64,000 nucleotides of DNA from Octopus vulgaris (taxonomy: Eukaryota). The stretch spans positions 150,846,001 to 150,910,000 of the forward strand of contig OX597816.1 in NCBI GenBank assembly GCA_951406725.2. The letters run 5' to 3'. This document shows, one piece after another, positions 50,945 to 63,793 of this stretch. The position numbers and the translations under genes were made by a program. The notes below the pieces were generated by a model. That model was not told the origin of the DNA, did no database searches, and was given only the letters and a program-made list of their open reading frames with translations. Positions within the stretch are counted from its first letter, which is position 1; every line of letters begins with the position of its first letter.

Positions 50945-52820
50945 AGACTGTTACATAGGTAAAAGTGATGCCTTAGGCAGAAATAATTACAGAGGTATTA
51001 AATTGTTGGATCAGGTAATGTAAGTTATGGAGAAGGTCATAGCCCAACTATTTAGGAGCAGAGTTAGTGTAAATGAGATGCAATTTGGTTTTGTGCTGGA
51101 GAGAAGCACCACTGATGTTATATTCCTTGTAAGGCAGCTGCAGGAGAAGTACTAAGCCAAAAATAAACCCTTGTATGAGGCTTTTGTTGACATGGAGAAA
51201 GCCTTTGACAGGATCTCCTGATTCCTTATCTGGTGGTCAACGTGGGAACTAGGGATAGATGAATGGTTGGTGAGAGCTGTACAAGCCATTTACGGAATGT
51301 TGTCAGTAAGGTGAGGGTTGGCAGTGAGTATACTGATGAATTCAGGGTACAAATAGAGTTCTACCAAGTATCAGTCCTCAACTTCCGCTTGTTCATCATA
51401 GTCCTCCAGACAATAATGGAGAAATTTAAAATCAGGCTGCCCTTGGGAGCTCCTCTATGCTGATGACCTTGTTCTTACAGCTGATTCACTACCAGAACTA
51501 GAAAAGAAATTCCAGGTGTGGCAGCAAGTTAATTTAGCAAAAACCAAAGTCTTAATAAGTAGGACAAGTTACAAAGCCCTTCAGGTAGATGGCTCTGCTT
51601 GACATGTTGAAAAACATAGGTAGAAACTCCATAAGATGTACCAGGTGCAAGCTATGGACACATAAGAAGTGCAGCAATATCAGAGGAAGGCTAACAGGGA
51701 AAATAGTCTTTGTGTGTGTCAGATGCACAAGTACAACACACTACAAATGTAAAGAAAATAGACTCCATCAAATGCCAACCTAGTAGTAGTTGATAGCTTG
51801 CATTATCTAGGTGACCAAGGCAGTGGAGGTGGATGCTTTGAGAGCATAGTTGCTAGAATAAGAATAGGCTAGGCAAAGTTAAAAGAGCTTCTACTTTTGT
51901 TAGTAACAAAGGGCCTTTCTTTCAGAATAAAGGCAACATACAGATGTTGCCTGTGTGTGAAAAGCCATGCTCCACACAGTGAAATGTAGGCCGTGACTGC
52001 ATAGGACATGTGAAGGCTTGAAAGGAATGAAGCCAGTATGCTTCACTGGATGTGCAATATCAGTGTGTATGAGCAACAGAGTGTAAGTGTCTTTTGAGAA
52101 AAACTAGGCTTAAGAGGCATCAAGTGTGGTGTGCAAGAGAGACTAATGTGCTGGTATGGTCGTGTGATGTCTATGGATGAGAACAGCTGGGTAAAGGAGT
52201 ATCAATTTCTAATTGTGGAGGGAACCTGTGGGAAAGGCAGACCCAGGAGAACATGGGATGAGGTAATGTAACATGATCTTTGAATGTTGGACCTCACAGA
52301 GTCGCTGACTTGTGACCAAGATCTTTGGCAATATGCTGTGCTTGAGAAGACTCGTCAAGCTAAGTGAAATGATAGTCATGACTGTTGCTATTGTTATGTA
52401 AATGGCACCTATGAAATTGTAATCATGGCCATTGCCTGTAGCAGGATTTTTGAATGTTGGACCTGATGGAGGCAAGGGACAAGGTGGTGAAGCATGATCT
52501 TCGAATGTTGAACCTCATGGAGGCAATGACAAGTGACCAAGAGCTTGGCAATATGCTGTGCTTGAGAAGACTCGTCAAGCCAAGTGAAACCATAGTCATG
52601 GCCATTGCCAGTGTCATGTAAACAACACCCTTGCTAGTGGCTCATAAAAAGCACCCATTACACTCTTGGAGTGGTTGGCATTAGGAAGGGCATCCAGCCA
52701 TAGAAACCATGCGAAATCAGACTGGAACCTGATGCAGCTCTCCAGCTTACCAGTTCCAGTCAAGCCATCTAACCATGTCAGTATGGCAAGCAGATTTTAA
52801 ATGATGATGATGATGATGAT
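50945..52820 (+). mobile_element. RTE-clade LINE, 5'-truncated and decayed (RT plus 3' UTR and (GAT)n tail)
   Basis: QFGF...RSTTDVIFLVRQLQEK...FVDMEKAFDR, LYADDL, WYGRV and GRPRRTW remnants, plus the family tail. Confidence 0.85.
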
Positions 52821-53079
52821 TTACATCTAGACTTTCTTTGATCAGTTTGATCTCCAATTAAAAGATTTAAGTGAATATAAATATTAAAAAGTATTTCATT
52901 TCTAAAGATAAAATCAACAATCTTGTCATGGAAAACTGGCCAAGTTTTGAGCACTAAATTCTTGATCCACTTCATTTTTACAAGTTTGTGCTTGCTGTAT
53001 TTTTTCCAGCTAAGAAACAAAAATTGATTTTGCTTTGTATTTTCAAACCTCTTTCAAACAGGCAGAAGCGTCAGCTCCA

Positions 53080-53094
53080 TTAAATTGAATAAAT
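53080..53094 (-). CDS. ALDH3A2: Candidate alternative short terminal/cassette exon (IYSI*)
   Basis: gatttcatag| then ATT TAT TCA ATT TAA. A 4-residue tail like the human FALDH AEYY*. Confidence 0.35.
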   Translation of the reverse strand: MYSI

Positions 53095-53493
53095 CTATGA
53101 AATCAATTAATAAAATAAAAGTCGACACATATCACAAATGAATAAAAAATTAAAAAATGAGGTGGGTATTGCTGTGATTAGACATTTAATCCAAGCATTG
53201 TTTATTTATCAAAAACATTGATATTGTAGATAATGATATTCCCTCCATTGCAAATTAATATTGTAATTCCTGTTTGAAGCTATTTCAGTTTGCTTATGCT
53301 ACTAATGATTCAATTATTTGACTTTTCACGTTAAGTTAATTACCATTTATGAATGATCAACTATATTGATTTCAATGGGTTAGGACTATTTTTACTGTAA
53401 TGTTTATGCACTTCCTGGTGTTATTAGCAATCTATGTGAAGTAAATAGGTTATAAAAACACAATATTGAAGTAAATTTTGGAAGTTAACTCAC

Positions 53494-53632
53494 CATAAAG
53501 ATAAATGACAGAATTAATGCTACAAGCAGTACAAGTAGAGCAGTAAGAAATTTCTTAGCAAGGCCAGGCCTCATCAGGACAAACCAGGTAAATAGTTGAC
53601 ATTTCTCATCGCTGTATGGTGGGTATCTTAAG
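53494..53632 (-). CDS. ALDH3A2: Fatty aldehyde dehydrogenase exon with RYPP motif and transmembrane anchor
   Basis: ttttcag| acceptor and |gtgagt donor. Translates (S)LRYPPYSDEKCQLFTWFVLMRPGLAKKFLTALLVLLVALILSFIFM. Confidence 0.9.
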
Positions 53633-55407
53633 CTGAAAATAAAACAAGAAGCAAAGTTTATTGAGACCATTGGTGACCATTTTGATTTCTGATTGCTGAG
53701 AAGTAACTATGGCTAAAATAATAAGGTCTTGGCTGCTTAGCTTTCACTCATATTGTGCTGAATCCTGAGATACCTTAAAAAACACAAAACTCACCTAGTT
53801 TGTCTATCAGTTAATGGGAGTAATGAAATGGTATGTGGTGCAAAAGTTTGGTTTTGAGTCTCCAAATTGATTAATAGTAATAAAAAACTGAGACAACTCT
53901 AAAAGATGTCTCTTATAGTATGAAGGACTTCCCAGTGACAGATAAAGAAGTAAGAAAGTTGGAGAGATCTTGTTCAAATTTGACTTAATTATATTTTTTG
54001 ATCCACACTACATCAGAAATAATCCAGACATTACCATCTTGATTAGTCACAAGACCACTCATGATTTAATATGATATAATTGATTTAATTAAGCTGTGAG
54101 CATTACTGTTAAATCTGAGATGGACAATTCAAGGAAAATGGAAAACTGGACATCATCATCACCCCCTCCTCCTCATCCCTCCCCTCCTCCTCCTCCTCCT
54201 CCTCCTCCTCCTCCTTTAACATCCATTTTCCATGCTGGCATGAGTTTGACCAGAGTGGGCAAGCTGGAAAGCTGCACCAGGTTCCAGCCTAGTTTGGCAT
54301 GGTAACTACAGCTGGATGCCCTTCCTATCACCAACCACTTTACAAAGTGTGCTGGGTGTTTTTAAAATGGCACCAGCACAAGCGTTTATACATGGCACCA
54401 ACATGAATGTTTTTTACGTGATACAAGCACAGGACTCTTGCAGCTCCTCTTCACCAGGGAAAGAGCAACCTTAACACTTCTGCTGTTTAGACAGTCTAAT
54501 ACAAAACAATAAAACAGTGAATTTTGGGTGTTGAAAGTTATCCTGCTCACATTCTCCATAGCAACTTCTCTCAGTATCATCATACTATGACATGTTTGTA
54601 TGTCTATATTTTTTCACAACCATCGAAGTGCAAAGTGCTCCGCACAAATGCAGGTTCGTGAAATGGTTGTGATTTGTAAACAGTTTTAAGAAGGAACTGG
54701 AAAGAGAAGTATGTCAAACAAGTTATATGATGGTCTGCATGCTACATCTGATACTACTATCACACAGCTTTGTTGCCTTAGATAACTTCCAGTACAATCG
54801 CCCCATGTGGGTAGTTAAGAAATAGGTAACTTCCAAGACAAGAGATTTAGTGCATGTAAGGGAGATAAATTTTGCAAGCATTAAAAAAAAAATTTAATGA
54901 GCTTCAATGAAATAATTTATGATTTTTTCATACTGATATAAAGAACAAATTCAACAGCCTGACATAAATTGAATGATAAATGCAATAGTACTGAAAGAGT
55001 AATATAATTAGTTATTTTTAGTGAGAAAGCAATAATGATTTGGGTATGTTGTGGATAATTATAAGCTAATAAATTACTAATTTATTAAAATGATACAAGT
55101 TGCAGTGAGCCACTTTATGAAGTTGAAAGTGATAGCTAGACAAGTGGTAGATGCTATCAAAGGATCAAAAGCTTATATGTTATTGGTGCAAAATGCTATC
55201 TCTCAGAAAACTACATAGCTCTCAAAGACTCACTCCATTTAGCTGGATTGTACAATTTACTTCAATAAACAGTTAAACTAGTGCATAATTTATGAGTATT
55301 GTATTATCTTGCAATGTTAAGTTCAAATTGTTACAGAATCATTACATTTTATCTTTCCTTGTATCACAAACCTTATTACAACATATTTAGAAATCTTTCA
55401 TTTTTGA

Positions 55408-55612
55408 TCTTTTACTTGTTTCAGTCATTGAAGTGCAGCCATGCTGGGGCACTACCTTCAAGCATTTAGTGAAACAAATTAACGCCAGTACTTTTTTTCA
55501 AAGTCTAGTACTTATTCTATTGGTGTCTTTTTGCCAAGCCACTAAGTTACAGGGATGTAAACAAACCAACTCTAGTTGTTAAGTGGTATGGGAGGGACAA
55601 ACACAACACAAA

Positions 55613-55670
<58 letters not shown>

Positions 55671-55817
55671 TATACATGTGCGTGTGTGCCAGACTTCTTT
55701 CACTCATTGGTCAACCTGAGGCTATAGTAGAAGATACTTGTCCCTGGTGCCACACAGCATGATGGAACCTGGAACCATTTGGTTGGGAACAAACTTCTTT
55801 ATCACACAGCCATGCCT
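55408..55817 (-). mobile_element. tRNA-derived SINE family A
   Basis: Homologous to 3847-4215. Confidence 0.75.
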
Positions 55818-56226
55818 GAGATTATTTACACAAAGAATTGTTTGAAAATCAACTCTTGAGTAATGGAAACACATTTAATCTGATTGAAAATAGAAAAGCA
55901 TTAGCTCTATAATTAATATTATTTTAATCATTTTGGCTAATATGGGAGACAACTCCATATACAGTTTCTCTCAGACTTACTCTGCAAAGTATTAATTTCA
56001 CTCTAATTGCTGCACGTGTGATAAGTGAATCAATAAGCAGAATTACAGTATTGTAACTTGAGTAAAATTAGCAGTTTCCAACCACACTGCTGCAAAGGAC
56101 AATGAAAGACATATATTAGCTCAATTAGGCAGTGAAAATATTTGACAGAATCCAATATAGGATCACAGACTGTTGACTGTTACCCTGAAACTCGAACGAT
56201 TTAAAAGAACAATGATTTGATACTTA

Positions 56227-56358
<132 letters not shown>

Positions 56359-57160
56359 TTATTGAAATAACAACAACAATAAATAAATGAATAAATAATA
56401 AGAAAAAACAAATATCAAGCATAATACTTTAGTTTCAACATTTACACCCACAAAAGATTTAAATACACAAAAATGTAGCCACATGTGGACTGTTGGCGAT
56501 TTTTTTCCTCTGTCTTCCTTTTCTTTTGGACTTTACTCTGTCTCCTGTTTCTGAAGAAGAGCTTTGCTTGAAATGTAAAACACCCTGTCTTTCCTCCCCT
56601 GAGCATCTTATTAATACTTTGCATGTATCACATCCTTGCATTGTTGATTTTTTCTTATCTTTTTACCTCCATTTTTTTGATTAACTAAATGTGTGTGTGT
56701 GTGTGTGTGTGTGTATACATCATCATGTTGTTGCTGTTGTTGTTGTTGTTATTATTATTATTATATAGGGAACAATATGCATTTGTATTCCATCATCTTC
56801 AAGTTGAAGGGGTCATCATGTTCCAAGTCAGGTCTTATTCAGAGTTATTGCCCTTCTAGATGAGTTACAAGACCGTGTTCACATTTCATTTTTACCTTGG
56901 TTTCTATGAAGATGCCTTTCCTATCATCATACAGGGTACATTTTACTATATGTATGTGTGGAGATTTATATACATATATATACATATATATATATATGAA
57001 GTGGCACAAAGTAGAATGCAACTCATAACTAAAGATAGGACTCAAATGTGGGTGACAATAATGAGGTGAAGTGCATGATTGCATAATGTTTCCATTGCAT
57101 ATCCTATGAAACAGTGGATATCATACATGCTTCCTGCTTATTATTATTATTATCATTATT

Positions 57161-57560
57161 AAGGCAGCAAGCTGGCTGAATCATTAGCATGCCAGGTGAA
57201 ATATTTAGCAGTATTTTGTCTGCTGCTACATTCTGAGTTCAAATTCTGCCGAGGTCGACTTTGCCTTTCATCCTTTCAGGATCAATAAAATAAGTACCAG
57301 TTGAGTACTGGGGTTGATGCAATTGACTTAGCCCCTGCCCAAAATTGCTAGCCTTGTGCCAGAATTTGAAATCATTAAATCATTATCATCATCATCATCA
57401 TCATCATCATCATTATCATTAAGGTGGTGGGCTGGCAGAATCATTAGCATGCCAGGTAAAATGCTCAGCGGCATTTTGTCTGTCATTACATTCTGAGTTC
57501 AAATGCCACCGAGCTCAACTTTACCTTTCATCCTCTCAGGGTCAATGAAATAAGTACCAT
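57161..57560 (+). mobile_element. Two adjacent tRNA-derived SINEs, family B (central domain gactttgcctttcatcctttc.gggtcgataaa, MetaSINE-like)
   Basis: Heads ggcagcaagctggctgaatcattagc...gagttcaaat. Further copies at about 23015-23128, 31320-31640 (-), 48990-49195 (-) and 63794-64000. Confidence 0.75.
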
Positions 57561-58095
57561 TAAATGATGATGATGATGATGATGATGATAAATGCATACA
57601 CACTTCTATATAGGAGTTTACAGAGAGTGAACTATTGCACATCAGATATCACATGTGGTCTATAATCAGAAGTAAGATCTGATCAAGACAAGTGGAGATT
57701 CCAGTCTTAGAAATAGGATTGAACTTGATTACATGATTGCATGTTTCGTGTATAGACATAAAACTACTGAAACTGTCATTTACTATATAGTGCTCTTGCT
57801 CATTACTGCCATGATCTGAACTCACTCATTTACAGTTATGTTGTTAGGTCTGAGTGAGTTAGTGCCCTGGTCATGAACAACACTAGTAATGGGAGAGAAT
57901 TGTTGTCTCTTTACACAAAGATATTTAAAGCGAAGTTAGTCAGTTCTAATGTTGGGAAAGGAACTTTCAAATCTTCAGTTTAAAAAGCAAACCCTTAGTT
58001 CATTGAAATTTCCCAGTGGGAAATATATGAGTGAACATTCAACAATTTTTTTGTATTTGGAATGTTACCAGGCTTAAGGATCACATTATACTTAC

Positions 58096-58211
58096 ATCCT
58101 CCATGTACAATGACATCATTGATGCATACTCCACCACTTGTGGTTTGGGAAAGAAATTTGTTTACTGTTTCTTTGTTGCTTGAGAAAACATACAGAGACA
58201 ATGGCTTCTCC
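58096..58211 (-). CDS. ALDH3A2: Class-3 aldehyde dehydrogenase exon
   Basis: ttttctag| acceptor and |gtaagt donor. Translates (G)[38 protein letters not shown]. Confidence 0.94.
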
Positions 58212-59418
58212 CTAGAAAAAAAAAAGAAAAGAAATTAAATAAGGCAATGTGTCTTTCTTCAGAAGAGTAATATATGTTGTACAATTACTGCTATATGTTT
58301 TTATATATTACATGTTGGGAAATATATCTATTACCCCTTAAACCTTTATAATCAGAAATATCTGTCATTGGGTACTCAGCTATATTGATTTCAGAAGAGA
58401 TTAGAAAATGACAGTTGAGAATTGTGGCATGGTGGGTCATATGCAGGAAGTAAACCAAGGGCCCTGAGCAGAAGTAAAAGAGGAAGTGATGGCAGGTGAG
58501 AAAGTGGGAGATCTGAGTAACCTCTTTTGGGCTCAGAGGGGTTGGCTAGAATCGATATGTGTTTGGAATCTCTGGGTATTCTAGCTAATGGCCTATGGTT
58601 GGGTCAGTGACAGTCTCTAAGTTGCATAGCAAGCTCAAGTCGGTGAGTGAAGAGTTCCTTTTGAAATTGTTTCCAGAAGTTAAGGTAAGAGAAAGGAATA
58701 TGAGTAGTGCAGATAAAAGAAAGACAGACATGAAAAGTGAAATAAAGTTGCAAATTTGGTTTCCAGAGACTACATTTTATTGAAAAATATTTACGGTACA
58801 TTTTTATCTCAAATTACTCAGTGATAAATAGGTCAATCGCTTGACCATTCATGATCTGAAGTGCTTTTCATTAGGCAATTAAATCTATTGACTTTTTCTC
58901 AGAAAATTTGTTGATTAAATACTGCACTGATTCTCTGGTCAAGATACTTAACTAGCAATAACTCTGTTGACCTATTTGACAATTCTGTTAAAAGAAACAG
59001 GTCATCTCTATTACTGACAAGTGTTTCATTAACTTGAAGTACCAAAAGAAAATCAGTCATGTATATTTCTTTGCATTACTATACTAAGACAACATTTTCA
59101 GTTCATAATATAGAAGTAAATTGGTATGTTTCATATATTCTACAAATATATTAAATTAATTAGTTCTATTACTTAATTCATTTTAATATCTTAAATGGTA
59201 TCCAAATAAATTAATGGATGAACGAACATAAATTTTATATCATAACAGCTTAATTTCAGTCAAATTAAGACTAAAATACCATGATGAAACAATAAATAAA
59301 TAATTAAGAAATTTTAATTATATGATTAATTCTAAAAAACCCTTGAGTAAATTGTCACTAAATACAAACATTAAAAGGACCTTTTGAAAACATTTCCAAA
59401 GAGAATATTAATACTTAC

Positions 59419-59489
59419 CCACGCTTTATATACTGAATTGCTTCATCTTCATTTTCAACAGTCATTATTGGCAGAATTGGACCAAATAT
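59419..59489 (-). CDS. ALDH3A2: Class-3 aldehyde dehydrogenase exon
   Basis: gttttag| acceptor and |gtaagt donor. Translates IFGPILPIMTVENEDEAIQYIKR(G), completing the EEIFGP motif. Confidence 0.94.
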
Positions 59490-60174
59490 CTAAAACAAAG
59501 AAAAGACTTGTTGATAATAATATTAAAACAGTGAGGAAGTTGAACAACACAAGCATATATCATCATTATTGGTGTCATGAAAGAAGTACCCAGTACACTC
59601 TGTAAAGTGATAGAATGTAAGGACTCTTTAGAATTGTCAAGGACATAACACCTCTCTAGTGTTGGTGGCACAAAAAAAAAAAAAGAATAAAGCATCTGGT
59701 ACACTCTGTTAAGTGGTTGGTATTAAGAAAGGCATCCTATGGTGGAAAACAAGCCAAAATGAAATACAAGCAACATGAGGTTTCTTTGATCGTTTTAGGT
59801 GAGCAAACCTGTCCACCTCATGCCAGAATGGATAGCAAACATAAAACAATATGACAATAACCTCTCTCTCTCTTTGCATATATATATATATATAAAATCT
59901 GTGTGTGTGTGTGCATGTGTGAGACACAACTATATTCAAGATTAATTTCTTTTATTAAAGATTTTTCACATTTCCTTATTAATCTTTTATGTTTAGATTG
60001 GAACAATGGCACACCTAAACCCATTTGTCTTTTAATGTCTTATGACCTTCCTAGCCTAATCAACAAAATGAAAATTGGTAATTATTACATGTTATTCACA
60101 CATATTAAAGGTTGTGGCAAAAAAGATCATGGGAATCTCCTAATATAATAATGAGCGTAGTGTTTTATATATTT

Positions 60175-60245
60175 GTATGTATGTATGTATGTATGTATGT
60201 ATGTATGTATGTATGTATGTATGTATGTATGTATCTGTATGTATG

Positions 60246-60279
<34 letters not shown>

Positions 60280-60285
60280 TGTATG

Positions 60286-60342
<57 letters not shown>
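60175..60342. repeat. Compound microsatellite (ATGT)n(AT)n
   Basis: Direct reading. Similar tracts at 45322-45380, 45490-45570, 43075-43150, 45075-45128 and 55613-55667. Confidence 0.95.
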
Positions 60343-60344
<2 letters not shown>

Positions 60345-60409
60345 TGGAGAAAACATATAAATGTGAATGAAGGTGAAAAAAAGAGTACTCAAATACCAGA
60401 GGTAGAGTA

Positions 60410-60563
60410 ATATGCTTTATTTAAAAGCACCAGAAATTTAACAAAAGCTGTTACTTGGAGTTTCACATTCGCATTCATCGGACAGTTTTAAAACTGTAAG
60501 GTGAACGCGAATGTGAAACTCCGAGTAACAGCTTTTGTTAAATTTCTGCTGCTTTTAAATAAA

Positions 60564-60569
<6 letters not shown>
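60410..60569. repeat. Foldback (about 75-bp arms) resembling head-to-head Penelope-like terminal repeats, between (TA)n tracts
   Basis: Centre acagttttaaaactgt. Arms ctttatttaaaagc...gagtttcacattcgc and gcgaatgtgaaactc...gcttttaaataaag. Confidence 0.8.
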
Positions 60570-60614
<45 letters not shown>

Positions 60615-61674
60615 AAATCACAGAGTAGGAGGAGGATAGAGTAGGAGAAAGAGTAGTATAAGTGAAAGGGGAAGAGAGAAAATAGTAATTCAGTGAAGGA
60701 GAAGTAGTAAGAGTAATAGCCCTGACTGAGAGAGAGTGAGAAACAAGTAGCAATGAGAGAAAGGAAGTGGCAAAGAGCACACCATGTATCTTCTGTTTTC
60801 TCTATAACAACATATGAATGAGAAAAGAAGGGATGATAGATGAATAACGAAGGAAGGGGTGAAAAACAAATCAGCGTTTCAACTCTGAGTATATGTGTGT
60901 GTATATAAAAGGGAGTTATGTGAATGTTTGTGTGTGTGTGTGTAATGGAAATGAGATGGGGAACGTTCAACACTGAAAAGAAAAATCAAACAGCACTTCA
61001 ACTCTGTTTGAGTATGTGTGTATATGTGTGCATGTACAAGGGAAGTATGTGAATGTTTGTATCTGTGATTATTATGTACCTTATTTTATACCTTATTTAC
61101 ATATAAAATACTACAATTAGCCGTCCTTTTTGACAGCACAGGGTCAGCTAGTTCTGTTATAACTGATAAAATCATCAATTCTTGATTAAAATATTATGCA
61201 ATAGTGACATTCATGATTATTTTATGTGTGATGTATGTGTGTTGATTTTCAGTTTGCATTTTGCTATTATTAAACTTCCATAGTTATTATTCCTATTTCT
61301 GTAGAACTCTGTATAAAACAGTTGTACTGTCAATTTATGTTTTCCCAATTATATTTTGTGCACTGTATGATGATAAGCTATGAAGGCTTCTAGTGAATAC
61401 ATGATCAGCTGGCAAAGAGAGTCATACTTCTGTGCCTCTTGTAACAGTTTGAGTACAATTGATTACAATTTTCATGTTTAAATTTGAATTTGTGTACTAC
61501 ATGGGTTCTCTGAAACAGATTCTTTGGTTTGTTAGGTTGGGGTTTCATGTTAATGAAAAGGTCTACCATTCTGGTGGTTTTGTAATATGTTCTTAACTGA
61601 GATTGTGATTAGCTGTGGTACATATGTTTTGTTTTATGAGCTTTTTAATAATTAATTACATTATTAGGATGAAA

Positions 61675-61925
61675 GGATAAAGATCCTTCCCTAGTCATAT
61701 AGATTCATAAGGGCCGGTTTCCTAGTTTCCATGGCATATATATTCCCCACCTGGATGGGATGCTGGTCCATCACAGGATTACTCACTTTTGCCAGCTGAG
61801 TGAACTGGAGAAATATGAAATGAAGTGTTTTACTCAAGAACTCAGTGTATCACCTAGTCCAGGAATTGAAACCACAATTTTACAATCATGAGTCTAACAC
61901 CCTAATCACTAAGCCACTTGCCTCC
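61675..61925 (-). mobile_element. tRNA-derived SINE, family D
   Basis: - strand head ggaggcaagtggcttagtgattagg...gtttcaattcctgg with A-box-like and B-box-like motifs. Confidence 0.6.
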
Positions 61926-62498
61926 ACACAAAAAATATGCTATTAGTAAAATCAGATGTAAATTCACCCAGTTGTATCAAAGCTGTAATAAAATTCAGCA
62001 AAACTGATCAGGAAAATCAAGTAAAATGAACAGTAAAATCAAGAATTATACCTGGTGAACAATCATTTGTTTTTATACTGCAATGATGAAGCATATATAT
62101 GTACTTTGTACTTTTTAGATTGGATGAGCTTGAAAGTATTATTAAATGATTGCTGCAGGGTCAGTCTAGTGTGTTGTTAATGTTCCATGAAATGTATTGT
62201 TGCAATGATTGTATTGGCTAGAGAATGCAGCAATCATTAACAGTGATTCTGATATATCTCAGGGCTATATTTAACATTCTTATCACCATCATCATTTAAC
62301 ATCCAGCTTCCATACTGGTAAGGAGTGGACATGCTTGTGTTTCTACTTCGGCATGGTTTCTAAGGCTGAAAATCTTTTACAATGCCAAACATTTTACAGA
62401 AAGTAAGTGGTTGATGTGTGAGTACATGTGAGAGTATAGCCTGTGATAGTATAGAGAGTGTTATTACTTCATAGTAAAGGTGAATGTTTAATACTAAC

Positions 62499-62625
62499 CT
62501 CTTCTTGCATTAGAGGATCATCTGGGGTGATATCAGTCAGAATCGTTGGAGTTATCAGTAGACTTTCTTCACAAAATTCACCACCAAATGCAGGTTTTCG
62601 GTTTCCCACAAGTTCCTTCAAATGT
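62499..62625 (-). CDS. ALDH3A2: Class-3 aldehyde dehydrogenase exon; upstream exons lie outside the window
   Basis: cattctag| acceptor and |gttagt donor. Translates HLKELVGNRKPAFGGEFCEESLLITPTILTDITPDDPLMQEE. Confidence 0.92.
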
Positions 62626-63164
62626 CTAGAATGGAATAATTATTTTGAATCCAAAAATGACGATGTGTAATGTAGAGTATAATGCTTCTTTACTTAATCT
62701 TGAATAAGTTGAGTTTGTGGTTTATTCACTTATGTAAATTTGATTACATTTAAATTAACAACATTGCTGTGAGAAATATCTCCCAACTTCTACAGATGTC
62801 ATTTTTTTATGACATAATTGTCAATTTCAGAAAAAGTGAAGAAAAAAGAGGAAATAGAAACTGAGGGTAGAAGGGGGGAGAGAGAGAGAGAAGAGGAGAG
62901 GAAGTGGGCGAGATACATATGGAAAAAGACGGATAGATAGCCAATCCCACCTATTTTTTCCAGCAACTTCTGCTGTGGCTACATGGAATTGATTGTGTAG
63001 TCCCTTCTTGTGTAATTTTTCTTCATGTCCTTTTTGTACTTCTTTCTTTGTTTTCCCTTTTTTCTCTGCTCTCAATACTCCCTTGTTCCTAACTGTCACT
63101 AGCAGGGTTTCCTTACTTTGGGCTAGGTATCTCATTAAGATTTGAGTTTGAGAGCTTAATAATA

Positions 63165-63732
63165 TCATTATTATTATTGTTATTATTATTATTGAGTGAG
63201 AGAGCAGTTCATGCCATCAAAGTGACACTGGGGTAAAATATACGAAGCCCAATATACCCATCATGACTACCCGTCTGATAAGGGTACACCAGGCACATGC
63301 ATCACAACCATATGTGCGTGACATGGTGATCTCATATCAAGATAAACAGCACATGACCTTGCAGGTGGGGCCCAGTTAGAATTTTCTTCAGGTTGAGTAG
63401 CCCATCCCGCTCAAAAGGTCCCTGAATAAGGGTTGTTTAAGGATGTTGAAAGAACCACCCATGTTTCCAGAGGTGAATTATTCAAACCCCAAAGAATCCC
63501 TCTCAACACATGGCTATGATGCTCCCCCACTACTTCTGCTCATGATCAGAGATGCACATATCGTCAGCCACTAAGGGACATGCTCAACTGGTTAAGGTCA
63601 AACAACTGACAAGCAAATCTGTGGTATTGAGCAGAATATTTGCTATAGCCCATCTTTTATACCAAGACAAAACAATGTATATGATAACACTTCCAATCAG
63701 TTAAGATCAGAAGCCATGAGAGCCACTGCCTG

Positions 63733-63735
<3 letters not shown>
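63165..63735 (-). mobile_element. Retroelement 3' end with (AAT)n tail (family C)
   Basis: Reverse complement of 46315-46790 plus extra 5' sequence, inserted in a (TTA)n tract. Confidence 0.75.
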
Positions 63736-63764
<29 letters not shown>

Positions 63765-63793
63765 CATTATTATTATTATTATTATTATTATGA

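Noticed and set aside
54096-54305. Polyproline ORF
   Set aside because: A (CCT)n microsatellite at a retroelement tail.
57161-57260. tRNA genes at SINE heads
   Set aside because: A/B-box-like heads continue into SINE bodies, and no complete cloverleaf is evident.
60112-60973. Multiple ORFs with CMYV/YIYI repeats and a hydrophobic ORF
   Set aside because: Translations of microsatellites and purine-rich low-complexity DNA.
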